A DNA stretch of 62,017 nt from an uncultured Acidimicrobiia bacterium (GTDB taxonomy: Bacteria; Actinomycetota; Acidimicrobiia; Spongiisociales; UBA5794): positions 1-62,017 of the forward strand of contig CBDUOH010000003.1 of the NCBI GenBank assembly GCA_965368815.1. The letters are read 5' to 3'. Both the position numbers and the translations under genes were made by a program. This document shows positions 30,817 through 40,326 of this stretch, in pieces. Under the pieces are notes generated by a model. The model was given only the letters and a program-made list of their open reading frames with translations, was not told the DNA's origin and ran no database searches. Numbering within the stretch: the stretch's first letter is position 1; each line of letters opens with the position of its first letter.

Positions 30817-33438
30817 ATGAACACGAACGACATCCGCAGCACCTTCTTGGACTTCTTCGAGCAGCACGGTCACACGCGCGTACCGTCCGCGTCGCTGATT
30901 CCCGTTGACCCGAGCCTGTTGCTGACCGTTGCCGGGATGGTTCCCTTCAAGTCGTATCTCCTCGGTGAGGAAGATCCGCCGTTTCGGACAGCCGTCAGTT
31001 CCCAAAAGTGCATCCGAACCGCCGACATCGACGTCCTTGGCACGACAGCCCGCCATATGTCCTTCTTCGAGATGCTCGGGAACTTCTCGTTCGGTGACTA
31101 CTTCAAAGAACGTGCAATTCCCCTTGCGTACGAGTTGATCACCGACAAGTACGGGATAGATCCGGATCGGCTCTGGTACACGGTGCACATCGACGATGAC
31201 GAAGCCGCCGAGATCTGGATCGATGGCGTAGGGATCGATCCAGATCGTCTGCAGCGCACGGATCGCGACAATTTCTGGCAGATGGGTGTGCCCGGACCCG
31301 CGGGTCCCGACTCCGAGGTGTTCTTCGATCGCGGCGCCGATTACGGGGCTGATGGTGGACCAATCGTCGATGAAGATCGATTCATGGAGATCTGCAACCT
31401 GGTCTTCATGCAATACGTCCAGGACGAGCCATTCCATGTCGTGGGTGACCTACCGATGAAATCGATCGACACAGGTATGGGACTTGAACGTATGGCGACG
31501 GTGCTCCAGGGCGTGGAGTCGGTGTTCGAGACAGACACCGTGCGGGCCGTGATGGCCGTCGGGGAGAACCGTACAGGTGTGACCTACGGCGCGTCCGAAC
31601 GGTCCGACGTCTCGCTCAGGATTCTTGCTGATCATGGGAGGGCACTGACGTTCCTCATCTCCGATGGGGTCGTACCGTCGAACGAGGGTCGCGGGTACAT
31701 CCTGCGTCGCCTCCTCAGGCGAGTTGTCCGCCACGCGCATCTTCTCGGTACTTCGGATCCGATCGTCGGTGACCTTGTGGACGTCACCGCAGCGGAAATG
31801 GGTGATGCCTATCCCGAGCTGCGGGCGAACGCATCATTCATCAGGGACATGGCTGAGCGCGAAGAGGAAGGGTTCACCAAGACGTTGGTGGCAGGCGAGC
31901 ACCTCCTGGATGCAGAGATCGAGTCGGTGGGTGACGGCGGAGCAATCCCGGGCGATGTGGCATTCCGCCTCCACGACACGTTCGGGTTCCCGATCGAGCT
32001 GACCGAGGAGATAGCTGCCGACCGGGGGTTGTCGGTGGACCGCACCGGGTTCGAGCAAGCCATGGAGCAGCAGAAGGCACGGGCTCGGGCCGCGTTCAAG
32101 GCGGATCACGCCGGAGGCGATGCCGACGTGTACCGATCGGTGCTCGGGGGTATCGACCAATCAGATTTCGTCGGCTACGACACGCTCGAGGCCACCGGGG
32201 CGGTGTTGTCGCTGATCGTCGAGGGTGCAACCGTCGAGGAAGCGGGCGAGGGAGTCGAAGTCGAGGTGTTCCTTGACACAACTCCGTTCTACGCAGAGTC
32301 CGGTGGACAGGTCGGCGACGCAGGAACCATCACGACCGAAACGGCCGAACTGAAGGTGTTCGACACCCAGTTCGCTCTCCCGGGGGTCCACGGCCACAAG
32401 GCGAAAGTCCTCAAAGGAACCATCAGGCGGGCACAGGAAGCGACCCTGTCGGTCGACAGCGTCCGCCGCGAACGGACACGCAAGAACCACACCGGCACGC
32501 ACATTCTGCACTGGGCGTTGAGGGACGTCGTCGGTGACCATGTCCATCAGGCGGGGTCCCTCGTCGCCCCGGACCGGCTGCGGTTCGACTTCAGCCACTT
32601 CGACGCAGTGGCCCCCGATGAACTTCGGTACATCGAAAAGGCGGTCAACGAACGGATCATCGCCAACGAGCAGGTCACGACGATCGAAACGACGAAGGAT
32701 GAGGCGCAGAAGATGGGTGCCATCGCGTTCTTCGGCGACAAATACGGATCGACGGTTCGTGTCGTCAAGACCGGAGGCTTTTCCACCGAGTTCTGTGGCG
32801 GCACGCACGTTCCGTCGACCGGACAGGTCGGCCCGCTCGTGCTGGTCAGCGAGGGCTCGGTGGGCTCCAACATCAGACGGGTCGAGGCGCTCACCGGCTC
32901 TGCGGCGTATGAACACCTCAGTGACCTCCGTGCGACACTCGGCCAGGTCTCGGGAGTTCTCAAGACGCAGCCCGATCGCATCGTGGAGGCTGCCAAAGCC
33001 CTCGCCATGCGGGTCAAGGACACGGAGGCCAGGCTTGAGGAGTTCGAGGAACGCGACCGGGCGAATGTTGCCGTGACGCTCGTCAAGGGTGCAGAAGACA
33101 TCGACGGTGCGTCGTTGGTGGGAGGCCGAGTGGATGAGATCGGGTCCGATGGTGCTCGTTCGCTTGCGTTCCAGATCCGCGACCGGGTCGGGTCCGGGGT
33201 CGGGGTCGTCGGTTCGCTCAACGGCGGGAAGGCATCCCTGGTGGTCGTGGTGTCGGACGATCTCGTCGAACGGGGCGTCACAGCAGGAACCCTCGCTGCG
33301 ACGGGGGCGCAGGTACTCGGTGGGGGTGCCAGTCGGGATCCGAAACTCGCCCAGGCGGGTGGGCCGAACGCCGGAGAGATCGACGCCGCGATTCAGAGCG
33401 CTGTGAGTGCCGCGAGGGATGCACTCACGTCCTTGTGA
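30817..33438 (+). CDS. alaS: alanine--tRNA ligase
   Basis: MNTNDIRSTFLDFFEQHGH start, FFEMLGNFSFGDYFK, editing-domain HTGTHILH, about 873 aa. Confidence 0.95.
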   Translation: MNTNDIRSTFLDFFEQHGHTRVPSASLIPVDPSLLLTVAGMVPFKSYLLGEEDPPFRTAVSSQKCIRTADIDVLGTTARHMSFFEMLGNFSFGDYFKERAIPLAYELITDKYGIDPDRLWYTVHIDDDEAAEIWIDGVGIDPDRLQRTDRDNFWQMGVPGPAGPDSEVFFDRGADYGADGGPIVDEDRFMEICNLVFMQYVQDEPFHVVGDLPMKSIDTGMGLERMATVLQGVESVFETDTVRAVMAVGENRTGVTYGASERSDVSLRILADHGRALTFLISDGVVPSNEGRGYILRRLLRRVVRHAHLLGTSDPIVGDLVDVTAAEMGDAYPELRANASFIRDMAEREEEGFTKTLVAGEHLLDAEIESVGDGGAIPGDVAFRLHDTFGFPIELTEEIAADRGLSVDRTGFEQAMEQQKARARAAFKADHAGGDADVYRSVLGGIDQSDFVGYDTLEATGAVLSLIVEGATVEEAGEGVEVEVFLDTTPFYAESGGQVGDAGTITTETAELKVFDTQFALPGVHGHKAKVLKGTIRRAQEATLSVDSVRRERTRKNHTGTHILHWALRDVVGDHVHQAGSLVAPDRLRFDFSHFDAVAPDELRYIEKAVNERIIANEQVTTIETTKDEAQKMGAIAFFGDKYGSTVRVVKTGGFSTEFCGGTHVPSTGQVGPLVLVSEGSVGSNIRRVEALTGSAAYEHLSDLRATLGQVSGVLKTQPDRIVEAAKALAMRVKDTEARLEEFEERDRANVAVTLVKGAEDIDGASLVGGRVDEIGSDGARSLAFQIRDRVGSGVGVVGSLNGGKASLVVVVSDDLVERGVTAGTLAATGAQVLGGGASRDPKLAQAGGPNAGEIDAAIQSAVSAARDALTSL

Positions 33439-33860
33439 CGGGGCGGATCCTCGGTCTCGATCCCGGCGAGCGGCGCATCGGCGTGGCGGTTTCTGACCTG
33501 ACCGGTACCATCGCGTCACCCGTGAGATACATCGACACCCAATCTGAGTCGGTGTTGGATGCGGTCTCCGCGATGTGCGATGAGGAAGGTGTCGTCACTG
33601 TGGTCGTGGGTCTACCGATCGGTCTGGATGGCTCCGAAGGTGCGTCTGCCGAGCGCGCGCGGGCGTTCGGTGCCGAGGTAGCCGAAGCCACAGGCCTTCC
33701 CGTGGAGTTCCAGGATGAGCGGTTCACATCTCACACAGCCGAGACAGCGCTGATCGCCGGCGGGATGAAGCGAAAGGCGCGCAAGGAGACGCGGGACAAG
33801 GTTGCGGCTGCAGTCATGCTTCAGAACTATCTCGATCGCGCGGCTCGACATGACCTCTGA
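33435..33860 (+). CDS. ruvX: Holliday junction resolvase-like pre-16S rRNA nuclease RuvX/YqgF
   Basis: GTGA overlap with alaS. ILGLDPGERRIGVAVSD. Confidence 0.9.
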   Translation: MTGRILGLDPGERRIGVAVSDLTGTIASPVRYIDTQSESVLDAVSAMCDEEGVVTVVVGLPIGLDGSEGASAERARAFGAEVAEATGLPVEFQDERFTSHTAETALIAGGMKRKARKETRDKVAAAVMLQNYLDRAARHDL

Positions 33861-34923
33861 GACGCCGAACCGACGACGAAACAGGATCCTGACCGTCGTT
33901 GCGATCGGTGTCGCTGGGATTCTCGCCATGGCCCTGAGTGCGAACCTCATAGCGGGTGTCGTGGGAGGGACCGCGCAGCCGCCCGTGGAACCAGGACTGC
34001 CGCGTACGATTTCCATAGCGCCCGGTTCTTCGGCATCCACGATCTATCGCTTGTTGGCGGACGAAGGGGTTGTCCCATACGCGGACATCGAGCGCGCTGC
34101 GCGTCAGGCTGATGCTGAAAGCAAGCTCCAGCCCGGCACGTACGCATTCGAAACCGGCATGCCTGCCTCGGAGGTTCTTCGCATGCTCCTGGAAGGTGGG
34201 ACCGCCGTTGACTCAAGGACCATCACGGTCGTCGAGGGATGGACCGTTGACCGCATCGTGACCCAGCTCGGTGAACTCACCGAGTTCGATCGTTCTGACT
34301 TCGTCAACGCACTGGAATCGGGTGCCGTGACGTCGGGCTTGCTTCCGCTTGGAAAGGAAGGCGTCTCGGACCTCCAGCGCTGGGAAGGACTGTTGTATCC
34401 CGCCAAGTACCAGATTCCGATCGGATCGACACCGGCAGGCATGCTGCAACCGATGGCAGATGAGATGATCAGACGGTTCGAGTCCGTCGATTGGAGCACC
34501 TTGGGTGACCGGGGGCTGTCGCGGTACGAGATCCTGATTGTGGCTTCTCTGATCGAGCGTGAGTCGGGCACCGAAGCCGACAGGGCGCTCATTTCGAGCG
34601 TGATACACAACCGGCTGTCCATCGACATGCGGCTCCAGATCGACGCCACCGTGATCTACGCGCTCGGCACCAATCCCGGCCGAGTGACCGCAGAAGACCT
34701 GAAGATCGACTCTCCGTACAACACCTACGTCGTCGATGGGCTGCCTCCGACGCCGATAGGTGCCGTCTCAACCCCGAGTCTCGTCGCAGCGCTCCAGCCA
34801 GCCGATACCGAGTTTCTGTTCTATGTACTGGCTGACAAGGACGGATCCCACGCTTTCGCCGTGACGTATGAAGAGCACCAGGCCAACGTCCAGGCGGCCA
34901 GGGAGGCCGGGGTATTGCCGTGA
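33850..34923 (+). CDS. mltG: endolytic transglycosylase MltG (YceG-like)
   Basis: MTSETPNRRRNRILTVVAIGVAGILA N-terminal TM helix, then YceG core (VASLIERESG, DSPYNTY). Confidence 0.88.
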   Translation: MTSETPNRRRNRILTVVAIGVAGILAMALSANLIAGVVGGTAQPPVEPGLPRTISIAPGSSASTIYRLLADEGVVPYADIERAARQADAESKLQPGTYAFETGMPASEVLRMLLEGGTAVDSRTITVVEGWTVDRIVTQLGELTEFDRSDFVNALESGAVTSGLLPLGKEGVSDLQRWEGLLYPAKYQIPIGSTPAGMLQPMADEMIRRFESVDWSTLGDRGLSRYEILIVASLIERESGTEADRALISSVIHNRLSIDMRLQIDATVIYALGTNPGRVTAEDLKIDSPYNTYVVDGLPPTPIGAVSTPSLVAALQPADTEFLFYVLADKDGSHAFAVTYEEHQANVQAAREAGVLP

Positions 34924-35702
34924 GGTTCGCAATCGTCGGGGATCCTGTCGATCACTCGCTGTCGCCGGTGATCCAGCAAGCCGGATTCGACGCGCTCGGG
35001 ATCGACGCCGAGTACACGCGTCTTCGAGTCGAGCGTGGGGCCTTCGATCGTGTCGTGACCATGCTCCGCACGGGGGACCTTGACGGTGTCAACGTGACGA
35101 TGCCACACAAGGGTGACGCGTTCGCAGCGGTCGACGTCCGCACCGACGTCGCTGCGCGGACCGGCGCCGTCAACACGATCACCGTCAGGCCCGACGGTGC
35201 GCTCGTGGGAACGAACACGGATGTCGCCGGCGTCAACCACGCATTGAGCATCATCGACACCGGTGCCTCGACGCCGGTCCTTGTATTGGGTGGCGGCGGT
35301 GCCGCGGCAGCGGCGGTCGTGGCATGCTCAAGTCGTCCGATCTTCGTCGCGACGAGACGGCGCGATGCGGCCGCAGCGGTGCTCCGGACGACGGCCACGA
35401 CAGGAACCTACCTCCACTGGGGACAAGGGGTTGCTGGTGCCGTGGTGGTGAACGCGACACCGCTGGGGATGCATGGCGAATCGCTTCCCGAGCCAACACT
35501 CGCAACTGCAAGCGCCCTCATCGACATGACGTACGGATCCGGTATCACGCCCGCGTGCGCGTGGGCGTCCGAACACGGGATACCACTGGCCGACGGTCTC
35601 GACATGCTGCTGGGTCAGGCATACGCTGCCTTCGAGACATTCACAGGGCAGCCTGCTCCTCGCGAGGCGATGGCTGCCTCTGTTGCGGTCTCGGGCGGTT
35701 GA
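34920..35702 (+). CDS. aroE: shikimate dehydrogenase
   Basis: GTGA overlap. GDPVDHSLSPVIQQAGF and NVTMPHK motifs. Confidence 0.9.
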   Translation: MRFAIVGDPVDHSLSPVIQQAGFDALGIDAEYTRLRVERGAFDRVVTMLRTGDLDGVNVTMPHKGDAFAAVDVRTDVAARTGAVNTITVRPDGALVGTNTDVAGVNHALSIIDTGASTPVLVLGGGGAAAAAVVACSSRPIFVATRRRDAAAAVLRTTATTGTYLHWGQGVAGAVVVNATPLGMHGESLPEPTLATASALIDMTYGSGITPACAWASEHGIPLADGLDMLLGQAYAAFETFTGQPAPREAMAASVAVSGG

Positions 35703-35740
35703 CTCCGGGAGGCAATACCAGACTCGGGAACACAGCCCCG

Positions 35741-35746
35741 TATGCT
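35741..35746 (+). promoter_or_regulatory. candidate -10 hexamer (TATGCT) for prepilin peptidase gene
   Basis: TATGCT, then 7 nt, then ATG 35754. The hexamer overlaps the alternative ATG at 35742. Confidence 0.3.
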
Positions 35747-35753
35747 CGTTCCG

Positions 35754-36488
35754 ATGACGATTCTTGCCACGGTCGCCTTGTTCATCGGTATTGCTGCAGC
35801 CCGATCGATCGTGGCTGAAGCGGACGCACACCGCTTGCGCGGTGCTGATGCTTGGTGGGCCCCGGTCTGCAGTGCGTGTGGCGGAGCACTCAACCCGTTC
35901 ATGACGCATTGCGGCCCAGCACGGCATCGACAGCGCATCGCGAACGTGCTCGTGCTGATCGGGACTCCTGTATTGCTTGTCGCCCTGGTGTTCGCAGTCC
36001 CGTCGCTGTGGATCTGGCCGGCGTACGCATCCTTCGGCATGGCGATGGTGCTGCTGGGGGTGACGGATCTGGACACGAAGCTGATCCCGAACCGGATCCT
36101 GGGGCCTGCAACACTGCTGACGGCGACCCTGTTGGTCGCTGGGTGGGCTCTTGCAGGAGATGCAGGATCGGTTCTCCGTGCCGGCGCAGGGGCCCTCGCG
36201 TATTTCGCCGCGATGTACGTTCTGGCCGTTCTCGCCAGAGGGGGCCTCGGTTTCGGCGACGTGAAACTGGCATTTCTGATCGGCATGGTGACCGGGTTTC
36301 TCGGCTGGGGCCACGTCGTCGTCGCCGGGGTATCGGCCTTCATATTGGGTGGTGTGACCGCAGTGGTGCTCCTTGTGACCCGCAGATCGGGCCGTAAGGA
36401 TGCCATTCCGTTCGGGCCGTTCATGATCGTCGCCGGTGTCATCGCCGTGCTGTGGGGGACCGATATCGTCGATTGGTACCTCCGGTGA
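35754..36488 (+). CDS. A24-family prepilin peptidase
   Basis: Polytopic membrane protein with both catalytic Asp motifs (GVTDLDTKLIPN and GLGFGDVKL). The start is either ATG 35742 (ORF track) or ATG 35754 (leaderless geometry). Confidence 0.8.
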   Translation: MTILATVALFIGIAAARSIVAEADAHRLRGADAWWAPVCSACGGALNPFMTHCGPARHRQRIANVLVLIGTPVLLVALVFAVPSLWIWPAYASFGMAMVLLGVTDLDTKLIPNRILGPATLLTATLLVAGWALAGDAGSVLRAGAGALAYFAAMYVLAVLARGGLGFGDVKLAFLIGMVTGFLGWGHVVVAGVSAFILGGVTAVVLLVTRRSGRKDAIPFGPFMIVAGVIAVLWGTDIVDWYLR

Positions 36489-36514
36489 CGTGACCGGACG
36501 CGTCCAGAACCCCC

Positions 36515-36520
36515 TACGCT
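36515..36520 (+). promoter_or_regulatory. candidate -10 hexamer (TACGCT) for leaderless aroC
   Basis: TACGCT, then 6 nt (ctttcc), then ATG 36527. No SD. Confidence 0.4.
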
Positions 36521-36526
36521 CTTTCC

Positions 36527-37684
36527 ATGCTTCGTTTCATAACGTCAGGTGAATCACACGGCCCCGGCCTCGTCGCTGTCGTCGAAGGACTGCCAGCCGG
36601 GTTGGATGTCACGGTCGAGGGAATCGGGGCCGAACTCGCCCGCCGTCGGCTCGGTTTCGGACGCGGACCGCGCATGGCTCTGGAACAGGACGAGGTTGAG
36701 ATCCTCGGAGGCGTGCGTTTCGGCAAGACCCTCGGTGGCCCGGTCTCGGTACTCATCAGGAATACCGAGTGGCCCAAATGGGAGAACCAGATGTCACCGG
36801 CTCCCGGCGTGAAGGGGAAACGGGAGAACAAACCACGACCGGGGCATGCAGATCTTGCCGGGATGCTCAAGTACGACACACACGACGCCCGTGACATACT
36901 CGAGCGAGCGTCAGCACGAGAGACCGCAGCGCGTACGGTTGTCGGTTACCTCGCGAAACAGCTCCTCGGTACCGTGGGTGTGTCGGTGATATCACACGTG
37001 ACCGGCATCGGAGACCGCACCATCGCAGCCACTGACGTCCTCCCCGCACCGGGCGACCTCGCAGCGATCGATGGCTCGCAGGTCCGGGTTTTCGCCGCTG
37101 CCGATGAGTCGGTCTTCGTCGAGGCAATCGAAGCAGCGGCTGAAGCCAAGGACACACTGGGCGGTTCGGTCCAGGTGCTCGGATACGGTCTGCCTGCCGG
37201 GGTCGGGAGCCATGTCCATTGGGATCGCAAGCTCGACGGTCTCCTGGCAGGAGCGCTCATGTCGATCCAGGCGATCAAGGCAGTCGAGATCGGGGACGGG
37301 ATACTCCAGTCGCGGTCGCGTGGAACCCAAGCGCACGATGAGATCATTCCGGGGGCAGACGGCGGGTTCGCCCGAAAGACCAACCGGTCAGGGGGGCTCG
37401 AAGGCGGCATCACCAACGGCGACATCCTCGCCGTGACGGCGTACATGAAGCCGATAGCGACCGTCATGCAACCCCTCGACACGGTCGATGTCGACACCAA
37501 GGAGCCAGCAAAGGCGTTCCGCGAGCGCTCGGACGTGTGCGCCGTCCCTGCTGCCGGCGTGGTTGCGGAACAAATGGTTGCGATCGTCCTCGCCAATGAA
37601 CTCGTTCGCATGTTCGGTGGCGACACGACTGAGGACTTCGTTGCATCGCACGCCTCATACATCGCACGCCTGGAGGACTTCTGA
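36527..37684 (+). CDS. aroC: chorismate synthase
   Basis: MLRFITSGESHGPG. 385 aa. Confidence 0.95.
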   Translation: MLRFITSGESHGPGLVAVVEGLPAGLDVTVEGIGAELARRRLGFGRGPRMALEQDEVEILGGVRFGKTLGGPVSVLIRNTEWPKWENQMSPAPGVKGKRENKPRPGHADLAGMLKYDTHDARDILERASARETAARTVVGYLAKQLLGTVGVSVISHVTGIGDRTIAATDVLPAPGDLAAIDGSQVRVFAAADESVFVEAIEAAAEAKDTLGGSVQVLGYGLPAGVGSHVHWDRKLDGLLAGALMSIQAIKAVEIGDGILQSRSRGTQAHDEIIPGADGGFARKTNRSGGLEGGITNGDILAVTAYMKPIATVMQPLDTVDVDTKEPAKAFRERSDVCAVPAAGVVAEQMVAIVLANELVRMFGGDTTEDFVASHASYIARLEDF

Positions 37685-37686
37685 CG

Positions 37687-38181
37687 ATGCGTCATGTCTG
37701 GCTGATCGGCATGATGGGGACCGGGAAGACAACAGTCGGCGTCCTCGTAGCCGAGCTGGCCGGTATGGCATTCCACGACATCGACGCCGAGGTGATGCAG
37801 GCGACCGGGAAGACCATTCCGGAGCTGTTCGGGGAGGGCGAAGCGGTGTTCCGTTCCCACGAATCGGCTGCGATCGAGCGAGCCTCACTCCTCAGCCCGA
37901 TGGTCATCGCCACGGGTGGCGGTGCGGTGCTCGCCAGCAAGAACGTCGAGACGATGCGGGCGACGGGAACGATCGTGCTGCTGACCGCGACGGTCGCGAC
38001 CATCGTGGATCGTATTGCAGACAACGACGATCGACCGTTGGCAAAGGATCCGGAAGCGCTCGATGCGATAGCCCGGCTTCGGCTGGCGACGTACACGGGG
38101 GCAAGTGACCACGTGGTCGATACTGAGGCGCGGGATCCCCACGATGTTGCCCAGGAGGTCTACGCATGCGTCGCCATGTGA
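37687..38181 (+). CDS. aroK: shikimate kinase
   Basis: P-loop LIGMMGTGKTTVG. 164 aa. Confidence 0.92.
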   Translation: MRHVWLIGMMGTGKTTVGVLVAELAGMAFHDIDAEVMQATGKTIPELFGEGEAVFRSHESAAIERASLLSPMVIATGGGAVLASKNVETMRATGTIVLLTATVATIVDRIADNDDRPLAKDPEALDAIARLRLATYTGASDHVVDTEARDPHDVAQEVYACVAM

Positions 38182-39212
38182 TCTCGGATGGAACCGTCGA
38201 GCAGTCGGTTGTCCACGTCGGCAGATCTCTGGTACCTCAGCTCGTTGAGGCGCTCGCCGGCCGCAGAAAGGCGGCGGTGTTGTGCCAACCGACCACCACG
38301 GACCTTGCGAACGCCTTCGGCGCAGCCCTCGAGAGCGAGGGCGTCACCGTGTCCGGATACACACTTCCAGACGGCGAATCGGCCAAGGCGCTGTCGGTCG
38401 TCGAGGGTGTCTACCGGAGTCTCAATCAGTCACATTTCACCCGCGACGACGTCGTGGTTGCGGTCGGCGGGGGAGCGTTGACCGATGTCGCAGGATTCGT
38501 TGCAGCGACGTATCTGCGGGGCATCGATGCGGTCTACGTGCCGACGACCCTGCTCGGCGCCGTCGACGCTGCCGTCGGTGGGAAGACCGCGGTCAACGTG
38601 GACGGCAAGAACCTTGCCGGGGTGTTCGCACACCCGGTCGCCGTCTACATCGACATCGACACCATCGATCGGCTCCCCGACAGGCAGAAGATGGTCGGCT
38701 CGGCCGAAGCGATCAAGACGGGATTCATAGCCGACATGGCGATTGTCCAACGCTACGAGGCATCGGGACTCGATGTCGATTACGAAGAGGTGGTGAACCG
38801 ATCCGTGGCGGTGAAAGTGGCGGTGGTCAATGACGACTTCACCGAACAGGGGGGGCGCGCCATACTCAATTACGGCCACACCGTCGGCCATGCGATCGAG
38901 ACCGTCGGAGGCCTGAGCCATGGCGAGGCAGTCGCGATCGGTATGGTCGCTGCCGGCGCAGCATCCGAACACGATCTGTCCTTCGGTGGCAATGCCCGCC
39001 AGCGGGACGTCCTCGCCGGGGTCGGCTTGCCGGTTGCGGTGCCCGACGGCATGCGGGCGGAACCGGTCAGGGCGCAAATGGCGCTCGACAAGAAGCGCGA
39101 TGCGAGTGGGATCCGCATGATTCTTCTCGAAGCGTTCGAACAGCCTGTGGTCGTGACCGCCAGTGACGCTACCGTTGCCAGTGCATTCGAGGGCATCGGT
39201 CTCGCCTCGTGA
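38166..39212 (+). CDS. aroB: 3-dehydroquinate synthase
   Basis: GGGALTDVAGFVAATYLRGI and NYGHTVGHAIE motifs. 16-nt overlap with aroK. Confidence 0.92.
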   Translation: MRRHVISDGTVEQSVVHVGRSLVPQLVEALAGRRKAAVLCQPTTTDLANAFGAALESEGVTVSGYTLPDGESAKALSVVEGVYRSLNQSHFTRDDVVVAVGGGALTDVAGFVAATYLRGIDAVYVPTTLLGAVDAAVGGKTAVNVDGKNLAGVFAHPVAVYIDIDTIDRLPDRQKMVGSAEAIKTGFIADMAIVQRYEASGLDVDYEEVVNRSVAVKVAVVNDDFTEQGGRAILNYGHTVGHAIETVGGLSHGEAVAIGMVAAGAASEHDLSFGGNARQRDVLAGVGLPVAVPDGMRAEPVRAQMALDKKRDASGIRMILLEAFEQPVVVTASDATVASAFEGIGLAS

Positions 39213-39237
39213 CACCGACTGGGAAGGAATCGACTTC

Positions 39238-39798
39238 ATGATCTCGACGAATGACGTGAAACCCGGGATGGCACTCGACCTTCCCGAGGGCCTCTTCTCG
39301 GTCACCGAGTATCAGCACGTGAAACCCGGCAAGGGCAAGGCGTTCGTCCGGATGAAGCTGAAGAACGTGAGGACCGGTGCCGTGATCGACAAGACGTTCC
39401 GGGCAGGTGAGAATGTTCCCCGCGCGCGCATCGATCGACGCGACTTCACGTTCTTGTTCAAGGACGACATGGGTTTCCACATGATGGATGCCGAGACCTA
39501 TGAACAATCGGTTGTTCCGACCGAGCTCGTCGGCGAATCCGCCGACTTCCTCGCGGACGGGATGACCGTGCGCATCGCCGTGTTCGAAGGAACCCCCGTG
39601 GACATCGAGCTACCGACGTCGGTGGAGCTCGAGGTGACGTTCGCAGAGCCGGGAGTCAAGGGGGACCGGGTATCCGGTGCGACCAAACCCGTCACCCTGA
39701 GCACGGGACGCATCATCCAGGCCCCGCTCTTCGTTGGAGAAGGCGACATCCTCAAGGTGGACACGAGAACAGGCGACTACGTCACGCGGGTCACGTGA
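39238..39798 (+). CDS. efp: elongation factor P
   Basis: MISTNDVKPG start with GGGAAGGAA upstream. KPGKGKAFVRMKLKN loop. Confidence 0.93.
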   Translation: MISTNDVKPGMALDLPEGLFSVTEYQHVKPGKGKAFVRMKLKNVRTGAVIDKTFRAGENVPRARIDRRDFTFLFKDDMGFHMMDAETYEQSVVPTELVGESADFLADGMTVRIAVFEGTPVDIELPTSVELEVTFAEPGVKGDRVSGATKPVTLSTGRIIQAPLFVGEGDILKVDTRTGDYVTRVT

Positions 39799-40187
39799 AA
39801 CCCGACAATTACCGTTCCAGGCTCGACGCGTTCAGCACGCTGTACGCCGCTGAAGCACTTCGAAACGAAACCCCCGACACCGGCGCCCTGTCAGAACGCG
39901 CACGTCGCCTCGTGGACGGTGTCAAAGCCAATCAGGCGGCCATCGACGCGGCTCTCAACGCCGCTGCGATCGGCTGGACGGTTTCGAGGATGCCGTCGGT
40001 CGATCGGAACATCCTGCGGATCGCAGCGTATGAATTGATGTTCACCGACTTGTCGCATGCGATCGTGATCGATGAGGCGGTCAACCTGGCCAAGGAGTAC
40101 TCGACGGCCGGGAGCGGACGATTCGTCAACGGCGTTCTCGACACGTTGGCCACGGCCGTTCGCGGATCGGTCACCCCGGACTCGTAG
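39795..40187 (+). CDS. nusB: transcription antitermination factor NusB
   Basis: GTGA overlap with efp. DRNILRIAAYEL motif. Confidence 0.9.
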   Translation: MKPDNYRSRLDAFSTLYAAEALRNETPDTGALSERARRLVDGVKANQAAIDAALNAAAIGWTVSRMPSVDRNILRIAAYELMFTDLSHAIVIDEAVNLAKEYSTAGSGRFVNGVLDTLATAVRGSVTPDS

Positions 40188-40193
40188 TAATGT
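40188..40193 (+). promoter_or_regulatory. candidate -10 hexamer (TAATGT) for pyr operon leader
   Basis: TAATGT follows the nusB stop directly. The predicted TSS near 40200 lies just 5' of the PyrR-binding hairpin. Confidence 0.3.
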
Positions 40194-40206
40194 CACCGAC
40201 AGCCGA

Positions 40207-40237
40207 CCTTTAAGCCCGTCCCGTGAGGCGGGCAAGG
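40207..40237 (+). promoter_or_regulatory. PyrR-binding loop (pyr mRNA leader hairpin)
   Basis: CCUU-UAA-GCCCG-UCCCGUGAGG-CGGGC-AAGG. It has a lower stem, a UAA bulge, an upper stem and a UCCxGxGAGG-type loop. This matches the known PyrR binding-site consensus (..UUUAA..GUCCAGAGAGGCU..AAGG). Confidence 0.8.
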
Positions 40238-40248
40238 ATGGAGACACC

Positions 40249-40326
40249 ATGAGACATGCAACATCGCCGTGCGCAGGGGTGCACGGCATTTCTTTGCCCC
40301 GATGGGGGTCGCGATGCGCCAGGTGA
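40249..40326 (+). CDS. putative 25-codon leader ORF of pyr operon
   Basis: ATG 40249 lies 5 nt after AAGGAUGGAG, whose first 4 nt form the 3' arm of the PyrR hairpin. It ends at TGA 40324-40326, overlapping the in-frame pyrR ATG 40326 (TGATG). No conservation evidence is available. Confidence 0.3.
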   Translation: MRHATSPCAGVHGISLPRWGSRCAR

